This document shows positions 19,241-28,956 of a DNA stretch of 64,000 bases, piece by piece. The position numbers were made by a program, and so were the translations under genes. A model generated the notes under the pieces. That model made no database searches and had not been told where the DNA came from. It worked only from the letters and a program-made list of their open reading frames with translations. Source of the stretch: Patescibacteria group bacterium (lineage in GTDB: Bacteria > Patescibacteriota > Dojkabacteria > GCA-002793355); assembly GCA_016860985.1 (NCBI GenBank), contig BOKM01000001.1, forward strand, positions 92,185-156,184, given 5' to 3'. The stretch's first letter is position 1. Every line of letters starts with the position of its first letter.

Positions 19241-19567
19241 CTATTTCTGGAATTTCTTTACGACAACTTCCCATTCGCTCATCAATTTTTCTTTGAGCGC
19301 AAGAAGGTCTTCTTTATCAAAAGTTTTGACTTTCTCATACATCGCAGTTACTTCTTCTACTGCATTCTCGTATGCTTCTTTTGAAACTTTCTTTGCATTT
19401 TTTAACATCTTTTCAACATCTTTACGCATTTGTTTTGCGTATTCTGCAAGATCTTTTCGAAGTTCTTTTCCAGACTTTGGTGCGGTAAGTAAGCCAGTTG
19501 CAACTCCAACGGCTGCTCCAACTACGGCTCCTGTGGCAAGTCCTTTAAGGAATGATTTCATACTCAT
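19241..19567 (-). CDS. YtxH-like protein (DUF948)
   Basis: The YtxH signature GLLTAPKSGKELRKDL is present. A coiled-coil tail follows. Confidence 0.6.
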   Translation of the reverse strand: MSMKSFLKGLATGAVVGAAVGVATGLLTAPKSGKELRKDLAEYAKQMRKDVEKMLKNAKKVSKEAYENAVEEVTAMYEKVKTFDKEDLLALKEKLMSEWEVVVKKFQK

Positions 19568-19602
19568 AATAAATAGGCAGTGATTTTATATATACCACTA
19601 TA

Positions 19603-20097
19603 CTATATGTGCCCTGTTGCTTCAAGCATTCCGATGTATGCGATAGCAACAGCATCGGCAACATCATCAGTTTTGAATTTCTCTTCTATAGAAAAAAGTG
19701 AACTAATGGCTGCTTGCATCTCCTTTTTAGTTGCTTTACCTGTTCCCACAATTTTCTTTTTTAGTTGCATCGGATGCAATTCCCTAATTTCTAGATTTTC
19801 TAATGCAGTAGTAACCTTCAAAACTCCCCTTGCCTCTGCGATAAGCATTGCCGTCTTTGCATTAATTGAAAAAAATAGTTTTTCGATAAAAACAATATCC
19901 GGTGAATGTGTGTGAATAAGTTGCTGCAAATCGATTGCAATCTCGGCAAAGCGCGCCGCAGAATCTCTCGTTTTATCTGTGGTTATTAACCCGTAATGTA
20001 CAAGTTCTATTCCCTCATCGGTTTCTCGAATAATTGCCCACCCGAGGCGATCAATTCCTGGGTCAAGACCTAATACAATCATACTGCAGCATACCAA
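19603..20097 (-). CDS. ruvC: Crossover junction endodeoxyribonuclease RuvC; the probable start is the internal MIVLGLDPG, about nt 20082
   Basis: The catalytic motif MIVLGLDPGIDRLGWAII is present. The RuvC fold carries the acidic catalytic residues. Confidence 0.85.
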   Translation of the reverse strand: MVCCSMIVLGLDPGIDRLGWAIIRETDEGIELVHYGLITTDKTRDSAARFAEIAIDLQQLIHTHSPDIVFIEKLFFSINAKTAMLIAEARGVLKVTTALENLEIRELHPMQLKKKIVGTGKATKKEMQAAISSLFSIEEKFKTDDVADAVAIAYIGMLEATGHI

Positions 20098-20852
20098 ATA
20101 TGTTGAACATCTTGCTGATCGTCGAGGATACTCAAAAAAGATTCAAAACTACCCCATTTTTCATCTGCAAGAGTAATCGGTGTATTTGCTTCAAAGTGTT
20201 GTCCAGATCCAACTATGCTGTAACCGAGCTCGCGTATTCGTGAGGCAACCTGAGCAAGCCTATTCATTGGTACTTTTACCTGTAAAATGCTTTCTTCATC
20301 TGGATCTTCGGTGATATCTTCAATTTCTGGAACATCCATAAGCTCAAACGTAGCAGACTCTTTATCCACAGGAATTTCGGTATCCGATTCTCCAAACTTT
20401 TCTGCTGATTTTGTTTTAACACAACGTACCGTAACACGACCTGATTCAGTAAATTGCCACATTACGGCGCCAATTGAACCGAGTTCCCCTCCGGATTTCG
20501 AAAATATATTACGAATCTCATTAACTGTTCGATTTTTGTTATCAGTAATTGCAGAAACAACTACAGGAATTTTAAAAGGACCATATCCCTCGTACACTAC
20601 CTTTTCGAGTTGTGTAGTTGAGTCTTCGCCAGTTCCCTTTTTGATTGCTCTTTCGATATTGTCTTTTGGCATATTTACAGAGCGTGCATAGTCGACTGCG
20701 ATACGTAAGGTCAAATTGTGATTGGGATCGCCACCTCCATCACGTGCTGCGAGTATGATTTGCTGTGCAGCTTTAGTGAAAACCACTCCGCGTTTTGCGT
20801 CTGCCTTTCCCTTTGCTTGCTGAATGTTGTGCCAATGTGAATGTCCTGCCAT
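20079..20852 (-). CDS. yebC: YebC/PmpR-family transcriptional regulator
   Basis: The N-terminus reads MAGHSHWHNIQ..KGKADAKRG.VFTK. It lies upstream of ruvC, which is the conserved arrangement. Confidence 0.9.
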   Translation of the reverse strand: MAGHSHWHNIQQAKGKADAKRGVVFTKAAQQIILAARDGGGDPNHNLTLRIAVDYARSVNMPKDNIERAIKKGTGEDSTTQLEKVVYEGYGPFKIPVVVSAITDNKNRTVNEIRNIFSKSGGELGSIGAVMWQFTESGRVTVRCVKTKSAEKFGESDTEIPVDKESATFELMDVPEIEDITEDPDEESILQVKVPMNRLAQVASRIRELGYSIVGSGQHFEANTPITLADEKWGSFESFLSILDDQQDVQHIWYAAV

Positions 20853-20937
20853 GAAGAATTATACAACGAACAACAACCTCATTGACCAGTTTTAGTGCAG
20901 TGATACAATCCTATAACATAACTTTAAAAGTCATTCT

Positions 20938-22137
20938 GTGACTATAGAAACACTACTTTCGAGAGTTTCATTTGACCGAGACCCCATATCAGACACTAAA
21001 ATTGGTGAAACTGTTTATTATTCCGAAAACGCACATTTGCAAAAACTTGATATTTCACAAGGTGCTTGGAATCGCCCCAATTTGGAGCATTTCAAAGAGA
21101 CAGTACAAAGTGAACTTCGAAATCCCGCGAGTTCAGCAAATATTCGCCAGATTGCACTAACCCACGCGACACTATGGCACCAAGAATTGCAACTTGTTCA
21201 TGGTAAATCCGAAGAACAGGCACAAGAAATTACTAGAAAAGAGATTGAACGTGTAGCACTTCTTGCACAAGAAGTACCAGAGTTTAAGAACTTTTCTGAT
21301 GTGGTCTACGACTCAATGGAGTTTTATAGACAAAAGGAGGGACTTACCACCATTCCTGGTCTAACAAGCGAAAACGGAATACAAGCGACTAAAGAAGAAT
21401 TTGGTACGGATTTACTTTACGTTCTTCTTGTGGACTTAAGATTTAGAACTGGGAACGGAGATATTATTGGTTTAAATCATGACGCTGTAAAAGCACTAAG
21501 CACAGAAGATATTGAAGAAGCAAAACGTAGGCTTGTATCGATACTAGAACATGCAGACGAGAAAACCCAGGAAGCCTCATTTTCAATGCGACATATTCAC
21601 AAAACCATTCTTTCAACTCCAGACGAAGCAGACAATGCCTATTTAATTATGAGCCGGGCAGCAGCCAAAGCATACCATGGCGGCCCAGACACACTATTGC
21701 AGAATGTTAGGGCGATGTTTTGGTTTATTGCAAGTCACCTTGAAGGCGAGCAGGTACCAGAATTGACTTCTCTTCCGATGAAAGAAGAAAAAATTCCATT
21801 TGCCCCCCCACGAGAAGTTCCAAGATGGATAAAACGAATCACGAAACTAGCGGTACTCGGAAGCGGATACTATTTATGGCAGCAGGCACGAGATCTTAAC
21901 AATCGAATTATGGGCAATAACCACGAAGGGTGCGTGGTTTCAGGTATGGTACGTATAGAAAGAGTTACCTTTAACATCGGCACTTTTCTAACGGCATGGC
22001 ATTATGTAAGTAATGCACTCGCACGGATAGATGCTGCAAAAAACTACGAAGAATTCGCGAAGAGTGCTGCATTTTTCCCTGGCGCTGCACTACTTACTGC
22101 AATCGGAGAAACAATTGCATCAAAGGTCGAAGTTTAG
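20938..22137 (+). CDS. Hypothetical protein, paralog A of a tandem pair
   Basis: The N-terminal ~230 aa align to the N-terminus of the next ORF. No known motifs were found. Confidence 0.45.
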   Translation: MTIETLLSRVSFDRDPISDTKIGETVYYSENAHLQKLDISQGAWNRPNLEHFKETVQSELRNPASSANIRQIALTHATLWHQELQLVHGKSEEQAQEITRKEIERVALLAQEVPEFKNFSDVVYDSMEFYRQKEGLTTIPGLTSENGIQATKEEFGTDLLYVLLVDLRFRTGNGDIIGLNHDAVKALSTEDIEEAKRRLVSILEHADEKTQEASFSMRHIHKTILSTPDEADNAYLIMSRAAAKAYHGGPDTLLQNVRAMFWFIASHLEGEQVPELTSLPMKEEKIPFAPPREVPRWIKRITKLAVLGSGYYLWQQARDLNNRIMGNNHEGCVVSGMVRIERVTFNIGTFLTAWHYVSNALARIDAAKNYEEFAKSAAFFPGAALLTAIGETIASKVEV

Positions 22138-22210
22138 GCATTTTGTTCGCTTGACGAAGACTCTGGATTTTGTCATAATGTCTTGACACTATAGTCTTAC
22201 AAAGAGTATA

Positions 22211-24193
22211 ATGTCCTATAATAAATTTTCTACTGTCAAAATGACAACTAGAGAGCCAGAAGCAAACGAATATGGAATGCAATTAGGTCGAACATATTTT
22301 GCACCTCGACCAAATGAAAAAGGTGCAATCACTTTTCACGCAGAAACTCTAAAAGATGGGGAATTCCTTTCACCTGAAGCAACAAAAGAAGGTCGAGAGG
22401 CAATTCACTCAGCGCTTACAAAAAAAGACAACGTTTCAACTCCAGAACTCGTCGCCTCACTCTACGCTATTCGTGTAAGTGAAATTCATAATCAAACAGG
22501 CGCAAACGAAGCTGAAGCACAAAAAATTGCCGACCGTGAAATTGAAATTGTAAACGAACTTGTAACGAACAACGAAGCGTTTAGAACAGCTACACAAGCA
22601 GCTTATGAAAAAATGCAGGCCGATGCAGCAGAAAAGGTAGCTTCAAAAAAGATTCCAGCATTAACAAAAACAAACGGTGAGGTCGCAAGTCTTGCGGAAT
22701 TTCAAGTCGATGTCGCTTATCTTATGTTGCAAGATCTTTCTCACAACGCATCCCAAGTAAATGCAAGAACCAGATTCACCGCAGTTGCAGCATTACAACC
22801 TGAACAAGATGCAGAAACGAGAGCAGACGCATTCAACGAATTGTTAACAACTGCAGCAGAAGAAGCCTCAAAGGCAACTCCTCTTGAAAAAGCAGACGAC
22901 TACAACCCGAATATTGATCAAGATCACACTACTGCATTCACAGTACTAAGTGCAGCAATGGCACGCGCTTATTCACGCCATGCATTTGCGCACAATGCAG
23001 GTGTCTCTTGGAATATTCTTCTAAAGAAAGAAGTTCTTGATAGGTTCCTAGAGAAAACCCCTGAAGATGATGGCAGTGGCACAAGTGAACCAGCACCGCA
23101 ACCAGGTGGTGAGCCAGGTCCAACTCCAGAACAACCTGCAGCAGACACGCCAGAAGCCGAATCAACCGAGCAAAAGAAACCATTCATGGAAGCATTAATC
23201 GATGGGCTTCGAGCAAATCACAGAGGTATTATCACAGCAGCAGCTATTTTGACTGCAGCCGGTGGTGCCGCATACGAAATTGGACGAAGAAGAGGGCAAA
23301 ATCCCGATAACAATGCAGTAGTCACTCGATTAATGCAAGCAGGAGCTTTTGCAGGTGTAGGACTTGCAGGTGGCTTAATTGCTCGAAATATCGCAAGAAA
23401 CCTTGACAATGCTTCCGACACAACAGAAGCAAACGAAACGAGAAGTACTCTCGCCTATGGATTAGGTGCGGCAGCAGTATTCTATGTTGCACAAGCACTT
23501 TACAGAAATCAAAGACGAGCAGCACGTAACACTGCTAGTGGCGAACCAGCAGCAGGTGAAGGTGAACCAATAAACCCTGATGCTCCAAATACTGTAAATA
23601 CTGGTATTGCTGCGTTAGATAGATTTATCAATGCAATACGTGCAAACGACAGAGCACTTTCTGAAAGAAAGCTTCAAAGAGATTTTAACCTTGAACTTCA
23701 AGGTGCAGAGAACACATCTAAAGCAAGGATTGAAGCTGTATTAAACGTTGTTGCAAAAACAAATGAAGTTGACGAACAAATCAGCATTGTCCGAACATTA
23801 TCAAGCAGTATTAAATCCTTCATGGGTAAAACCCTTAAAATCGAAGGAAAACCACTTGAATTAGTTGGAACAATGATTGACTTGGTACTCAGCGTTGGTC
23901 AAGCCAATGAAAGAATCGAAAACAAGGGTGCGGATATCCTTGGTGTTTTGAAGGTGTTGGACGACATGAGTGTTGCACAAACAGGGGCAGAACGAATTCA
24001 ATCAATTGTGAAAGAAATTGGTAATTGGTTATTCGTTGATCCAAAGAAACAGCTTGAAGAGCAAGCAGCTCATAATGCTCGAATTCAAGAAATGATTAAG
24101 GAATTCGAGGAAGCAAACCTTTATCCTGAACAGCAAGCTATGAACAGAGATGGTAGCGGCACTCCCGCACCAGAACCAGTGGCAGCGACATAG
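22211..24193 (+). CDS. Hypothetical protein, paralog B, with a Pro-rich linker, three Gly/Ala-rich amphipathic or TM segments, and a C-terminal coiled-coil region
   Basis: Its N-terminus is homologous to the preceding ORF (EAEAQKIADREIEIVNEL vs EEQAQEITRKEIERVALL; IPALTKTNGEVASLAEFQVDV vs IPGLTSENGIQATKEEFGTDL). Confidence 0.45.
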   Translation: MSYNKFSTVKMTTREPEANEYGMQLGRTYFAPRPNEKGAITFHAETLKDGEFLSPEATKEGREAIHSALTKKDNVSTPELVASLYAIRVSEIHNQTGANEAEAQKIADREIEIVNELVTNNEAFRTATQAAYEKMQADAAEKVASKKIPALTKTNGEVASLAEFQVDVAYLMLQDLSHNASQVNARTRFTAVAALQPEQDAETRADAFNELLTTAAEEASKATPLEKADDYNPNIDQDHTTAFTVLSAAMARAYSRHAFAHNAGVSWNILLKKEVLDRFLEKTPEDDGSGTSEPAPQPGGEPGPTPEQPAADTPEAESTEQKKPFMEALIDGLRANHRGIITAAAILTAAGGAAYEIGRRRGQNPDNNAVVTRLMQAGAFAGVGLAGGLIARNIARNLDNASDTTEANETRSTLAYGLGAAAVFYVAQALYRNQRRAARNTASGEPAAGEGEPINPDAPNTVNTGIAALDRFINAIRANDRALSERKLQRDFNLELQGAENTSKARIEAVLNVVAKTNEVDEQISIVRTLSSSIKSFMGKTLKIEGKPLELVGTMIDLVLSVGQANERIENKGADILGVLKVLDDMSVAQTGAERIQSIVKEIGNWLFVDPKKQLEEQAAHNARIQEMIKEFEEANLYPEQQAMNRDGSGTPAPEPVAAT

Positions 24194-24237
24194 CAATTAA
24201 CTTTGAGTGGTAACTAAGGAATACCACCTAAAGTATA

Positions 24238-24271
24238 GAAAAGAGGCCAGCTTTCGCTGGCCTCTTTTTTT
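24238..24271. terminator. Strong bidirectional rho-independent terminator
   Basis: A perfect 9-bp stem (gaggccagc / gctggcctc) has a 4-nt loop. It carries a T7 run 3' on the plus strand and an A-run 5', which gives a U-run on the minus strand. Confidence 0.7.
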
Positions 24272-24363
24272 ATACATTTGCGATAGACACAGCTAAACTC
24301 ACTATTTCTGTTACATGAATAATTGCCGAAAACCAAGGTTTGAACTCAAATAATGATTGTTCC

Positions 24364-26790
24364 TTACTCCCCCTTATTTTCTACCCACCTCTGGATCTTT
24401 TCTTCTATCACATCTCGGGGAACAGCATACTTTTCACGTGATTTCTGTTTAATAATGTCTTTGTACCCAAAAGGTTGATACCTAAAGGGCATAGATACTG
24501 CGCTAAATGGCTCTGAAATACGGTCATTAATCGTCATTCGAAGATAAAGGTGGTAATTCGGCAAAGATAGAATATCTTCAGGGGTCACATACGGCGCAAA
24601 TTCTTGCGAAAGTACCATCGCGTCTTTTTGGCTAACGCTAAAGGTAATCATTGTACCAACATTACCAAAAATACCCGCTCGCATTTCAATGGGGAGTTGT
24701 TCGGTAAATTGATGGTTAATTACCAAAGACAAACGATATTTTCGCGCCTCGGAAAGGATATTCACAAACGCATCGGTCGTAAAGCTTTGCACCTCATCTA
24801 TATACAAACTAAAGTCGTTGCGTTCGTCATCGGGCATGTCTACCCTTTCCATTGCTGCGGTGTAAATACGAGCAATGAGCAAACCTCCAAGAAGTGACGT
24901 ATTTTCTTCGCCGATTCGACCTTTCGAGAGATTGGCTATAAAGATCTTTTTGCTGTCAATCATTTCTCGTATATTAAAGGTCGATTTTGTTTGACCAAGA
25001 ATATTTCGTGTAATACGTGGAGAAAGATAACGGCCGATTTTGTTTTGAATTGGCGCTACAGTATCCGAAAGAAGCTTTCTGTTTTCTTCAATCATGCTGA
25101 ATTCTTCTCTCCAAAAGCGAAGAATCATTGGATCTTTTACGTGCGACAAAACTCTTCGCCTATATTCTCCATCCGTTAACATGCGCTGAACAGAAAGGAG
25201 TGTTGTCCCTTGAGAATCGAGTGCAGAAAGAATTGTATTGTAAAGAATATACTCTAAACGTGGCCCCCATGAATCAAAGTACTTTTTAAACACGCCAATA
25301 ATATTGTCTGCAACTAAGTCGCGCTGTGACTTATCTTTAACGTATATTGGGTTAAAACCGACTGGATATTCAACATCTCCAGGGTTAAAGTAAATGACAT
25401 CATCAACACGATGCGCAGGAATGTGATCGAGAATAAACTCAGCTGTTTCTCCGTGTGGATCGATAAGTCCAACACCTTCGCCTGCCATAATATCCGAAAC
25501 AATCATATTTCGCATAAGAACCGTTTTACCAGTACCTGTACGACCAATAATGTATGCATGGCGACGTTTATCATTCTTTTTTATGCCAAACATCTGACTT
25601 TCACCACGGTAATTTGTTTTTGCGATTATCGTGCCTTCGTCGATTGGGAGATCTACAGGTGGTGGTAACTTTCCTGCTGTTGTTACAAACAATGACGTTG
25701 CTCCGCCGGTTGTATTCGGCAGATGGTACAACGATGCGATTTCTTCAATATTAAGAATCTCTGGGTGCTGCAAACTCAAGTAACGCTCCTTCATATGAGT
25801 AAATACTTGCAACGGCGCTTTTGCAAGGTGAAGGGAGAAAGCATTTAAGTGTGCGGTTGCATATTGCCTAAAAGAGGCAGCAATCCCTTCAAATATCTGA
25901 ACTGCTCTAGTTGGTTCACTACTTTTCGCTAATATTCTAATTGAAACCTGAAATCCTTGTTTTTCTGCCTTTGCCTCAACTCGCTTAATTTCTTCTTCTT
26001 GATATGGTTCGAGACGTACAGTAGGTGCTTTTGGCTGTTGCTGAGGTTTTGTTGGATCATAGGTTAATGAATCAAAAAAATATCGAAAGAATCCTGAAAT
26101 AACACCCCAAAACGCCTTCCAAAATCCCCCACTTTTATCAAATATATTACTACCCTCAGCTCTCAGTGCAGAAATATACTTTTGCGAAACCTTTTGCCAC
26201 AGGTTTGGGTACGGTCGAATAGTAAACTGAATCCACGCTTCTTCGTCGCCGTGTAACTCGCTAATTGCACCAGTAATGCCAGAAAGGGGGTCGACATCAA
26301 AATCCTTAAAGGTTTTTAAAGGGAAAATATGTTCTCGTTCAAGAATAATTTCGCCGGCAGAAACCTGAACCGTAGAATCCCACATTGTGGCTGTATCCAT
26401 ATAATCGGGAATAACAGAAATTTCTGCTGCCGGGTACTGTGCGTACACCTGCCCTTTTACAAACGATGCAATTTCTTCGTTCACAATAATAAAAAACTGT
26501 ACTCCTACTTTTGAGTTCGCAGCCAGCTCGAGTGAAAGCATTGGTACTGTGGCTGTTTCCTTGTATAACCCATGTAAAGAGGCAAACAGCTGCTCAGCTG
26601 CAAGTGGCGTTTTATCGTTATTACGTGGAACTGCAATTTTAAGTACTACTTTTTTATTTCCGAGTAATTTTTCTTCTGCACCACTTGGAAAGGCTTCATC
26701 CCCCTTCTTTTTTGTTGCAAAAAGAGCAATCACCAGTACAAACAATATAACAACGAGAAGTATGAGAAGAAGGACTAAACCGAGATTCAT
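24364..26790 (-). CDS. Membrane-anchored P-loop ATPase of the VirB4/TraG-VirD4/FtsK-HerA clade
   Basis: There is an N-terminal TM. Walker A (YIIGRTGTGKTVLM) lies at about aa 420 and Walker B (FSLYIDEVQSF) at about aa 655. The clade-typical ARKYRLSLVINHQ motif follows. Confidence 0.55.
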   Translation of the reverse strand: MNLGLVLLLILLVVILFVLVIALFATKKKGDEAFPSGAEEKLLGNKKVVLKIAVPRNNDKTPLAAEQLFASLHGLYKETATVPMLSLELAANSKVGVQFFIIVNEEIASFVKGQVYAQYPAAEISVIPDYMDTATMWDSTVQVSAGEIILEREHIFPLKTFKDFDVDPLSGITGAISELHGDEEAWIQFTIRPYPNLWQKVSQKYISALRAEGSNIFDKSGGFWKAFWGVISGFFRYFFDSLTYDPTKPQQQPKAPTVRLEPYQEEEIKRVEAKAEKQGFQVSIRILAKSSEPTRAVQIFEGIAASFRQYATAHLNAFSLHLAKAPLQVFTHMKERYLSLQHPEILNIEEIASLYHLPNTTGGATSLFVTTAGKLPPPVDLPIDEGTIIAKTNYRGESQMFGIKKNDKRRHAYIIGRTGTGKTVLMRNMIVSDIMAGEGVGLIDPHGETAEFILDHIPAHRVDDVIYFNPGDVEYPVGFNPIYVKDKSQRDLVADNIIGVFKKYFDSWGPRLEYILYNTILSALDSQGTTLLSVQRMLTDGEYRRRVLSHVKDPMILRFWREEFSMIEENRKLLSDTVAPIQNKIGRYLSPRITRNILGQTKSTFNIREMIDSKKIFIANLSKGRIGEENTSLLGGLLIARIYTAAMERVDMPDDERNDFSLYIDEVQSFTTDAFVNILSEARKYRLSLVINHQFTEQLPIEMRAGIFGNVGTMITFSVSQKDAMVLSQEFAPYVTPEDILSLPNYHLYLRMTINDRISEPFSAVSMPFRYQPFGYKDIIKQKSREKYAVPRDVIEEKIQRWVENKGE

Positions 26791-26801
26791 GCTATGACAT
26801 T

Positions 26802-27818
26802 CTACCTGTTAAGTAAAAATACTACAATATCGCCTGTTGTAACGATTCCGGGAGGTCGGCCGACTCGAATTTCGACTCTTCCTTCTGCAAACGAACTTTT
26901 AATCATTGCGAGTGTTCTGGAATACGATGTTTCGTTTTTTACATAAATAACCGCCATTTTATCTTGCAGAGGTTCATGAGTCGCATTTCCGACCCTTGAA
27001 ATATCAATACCCAACATTGCCCACTTTCTTGAGAAGATGCTTGCATAACCTTCTATCACGGTTGCGTTGTAGACTTCAACAAAAGCTTGTTCCTGAGCAA
27101 TATCAGAAATTTCAAAAAAGGCAGGGAACTGCTCTTTGAACGCATCAAACGTGATAACAGCGACTTCTGAACTATCGTCTAATTCGCGTATCTGAAGTAA
27201 TGCACTATTAAAGCGTTTCTTATCTCCCTTTTCGACGAGTGAAAGAATTTCCTGCGTTTCTGCAACAGTAAGTGAAGAGCTTAGTCCAGCTTCTTTATCT
27301 TCTACAATAACATACTCGATAGGAATACCGCTGGTTAACGCCAATTGCTCAAGTACATAGCAATAGTTTACCTCTCCGGTTTCTAAACGACTTAATCGAA
27401 CAAATTCACCGACTTGAGTCGACGTAAAGTTTTTTGAAAAATAGACTGGTACCCAATCCTTTTCTCTTAACTCAATAGACTTTAGGCCACTTACCCCACT
27501 AGGCGCAGTTAAGAACAGTTCTTGAACCTCTGCTCCAGAAGTTTTAAACACCACTCCGTACATTGGTTTTGCCTTTACAGAAAGAAACGTTGCATCGCAA
27601 GCAGAAAAGAGTTGTGCGTTTGGCTTATAGGATTCTGAAATTAACTTGTAGATGTACTGCCAACCGAGCAAAACTACAGCAACAATAATACTAACAGCGA
27701 ACGCAAGTTGTAAGGCTTTAATGAGAAAAGAATACACAGACGGAGAAATCGAAAGCTTTGGCTTTACCTTGGGCTTTTGCTTCATTACATTGTGACCGGC
27801 GCGACGTGGGGGCATCAC
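26802..27818 (-). CDS. Membrane-anchored extracytoplasmic protein in the dcw neighbourhood; possibly an FtsQ/DivIB-like or LytR-like accessory protein
   Basis: It has a single N-terminal TM and an alpha/beta ectodomain of about 280 aa. It sits between mraY and the ATPase. No motif was recognised. Confidence 0.35.
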   Translation of the reverse strand: MMPPRRAGHNVMKQKPKVKPKLSISPSVYSFLIKALQLAFAVSIIVAVVLLGWQYIYKLISESYKPNAQLFSACDATFLSVKAKPMYGVVFKTSGAEVQELFLTAPSGVSGLKSIELREKDWVPVYFSKNFTSTQVGEFVRLSRLETGEVNYCYVLEQLALTSGIPIEYVIVEDKEAGLSSSLTVAETQEILSLVEKGDKKRFNSALLQIRELDDSSEVAVITFDAFKEQFPAFFEISDIAQEQAFVEVYNATVIEGYASIFSRKWAMLGIDISRVGNATHEPLQDKMAVIYVKNETSYSRTLAMIKSSFAEGRVEIRVGRPPGIVTTGDIVVFLLNR

Positions 27819-27852
27819 GTTATCATACGATATTTTGAGTATCTAGGCAACG

Positions 27853-28956
27853 CTAACCAAAATACACTTGTGCCAAGATTGCTAGAAAAACAATACCGAG
27901 ATTGAATAGCCAGAACCGCATAACGACTTTTGGTCCAGGCCACCCCAAGGCCTCAAAATGATGGTGAACTGGTGCTATTTTGAAAATCTTTCGTTTTAAG
28001 AAGCGGATCGATAGGAGCTGTATTGTGCTTGTTGCTAAGTCAAATAAGTACGGAAGCATTAAGACAATGAGGGCTGGTAAGAGGTTACCGTACAAACCAA
28101 GCAATAGAAATACTGGTCCCATAGGCATCGCCCCTGGGGCACCCATATAAAATCGTGCAGGTGGAATATTAAAATACAAGTACACGATTAATACACCAAG
28201 CAGCACACCTACTACCGCAAGCGCAGTTGTATTTGGAGACGTAAAGAAGTTTGCAGGGTACGCAAGCATCAAAAGGGTAAAACCGAGTAACGTAATTATA
28301 TACATTCCCGAAGAAAGCCCATCAATTCCATCGATAATTTCGGTCGCATATGAAAAGAACGTTGAAACGATTGCCAATCCCACAATACCCAGAACAGAGT
28401 TTAACTGAAGCGAGAGTCCAAGTAAGTCTACTGATTTTATTCCTGCAACATGAACGATAAGCAATGCAACTCCAACATTTACGGCCATCGAAACTAGTAA
28501 TTTTCCGACTCGCCACTCGAATTTATTCTGAAACTCACGAAAAGCAACGTTATTCTTTGTTACTACATCTAAAATAGCATCGACCATTCCATATAATCCA
28601 ACAAGAAGCATGATTAAGGCAGCGGCTTTTATAAGCGGAATGTGCCAGAAGGCAAGCAACAAAACTGCTGGAACCGTAAGCCAAATCAAAATACCACCAT
28701 TGCTTGGTGTCCCCGAATCTTTCGCGTGGATTTTCATCCATTCTTCGTTTGCCTTACTAGGCATTGCAATATGCTTAATTGTGAATTGAAGCTTATAAAG
28801 CATATTTATGAGAGGAACAACCCAAAGTCCGGCCGAAACCGCGCCGATAACAACCCACAGTGCGACTTCTTTGACCATGAAGAATGAGATTGAGGTAAGC
28901 ATATTTTGTGTATTATTTAATTCTTGGTACGCCAAGATCGTCTTTGATTGTATCAA
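27853..28956 (-). CDS. mraY: Phospho-N-acetylmuramoyl-pentapeptide transferase
   Basis: The MraY motifs DGIDGLSSG and KIAPVHHHFEALGWPGPKVVMRFW are present. Confidence 0.9.
   Translation of the reverse strand: MIQSKTILAYQELNNTQNMLTSISFFMVKEVALWVVIGAVSAGLWVVPLINMLYKLQFTIKHIAMPSKANEEWMKIHAKDSGTPSNGGILIWLTVPAVLLLAFWHIPLIKAAALIMLLVGLYGMVDAILDVVTKNNVAFREFQNKFEWRVGKLLVSMAVNVGVALLIVHVAGIKSVDLLGLSLQLNSVLGIVGLAIVSTFFSYATEIIDGIDGLSSGMYIITLLGFTLLMLAYPANFFTSPNTTALAVVGVLLGVLIVYLYFNIPPARFYMGAPGAMPMGPVFLLLGLYGNLLPALIVLMLPYLFDLATSTIQLLSIRFLKRKIFKIAPVHHHFEALGWPGPKVVMRFWLFNLGIVFLAILAQVYFG

Noticed and set aside
19580-19915. 111-aa plus-strand ORF
   Set aside because: It is fully antisense to ruvC, which is supported by catalytic motifs. 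It has no motif support of its own.
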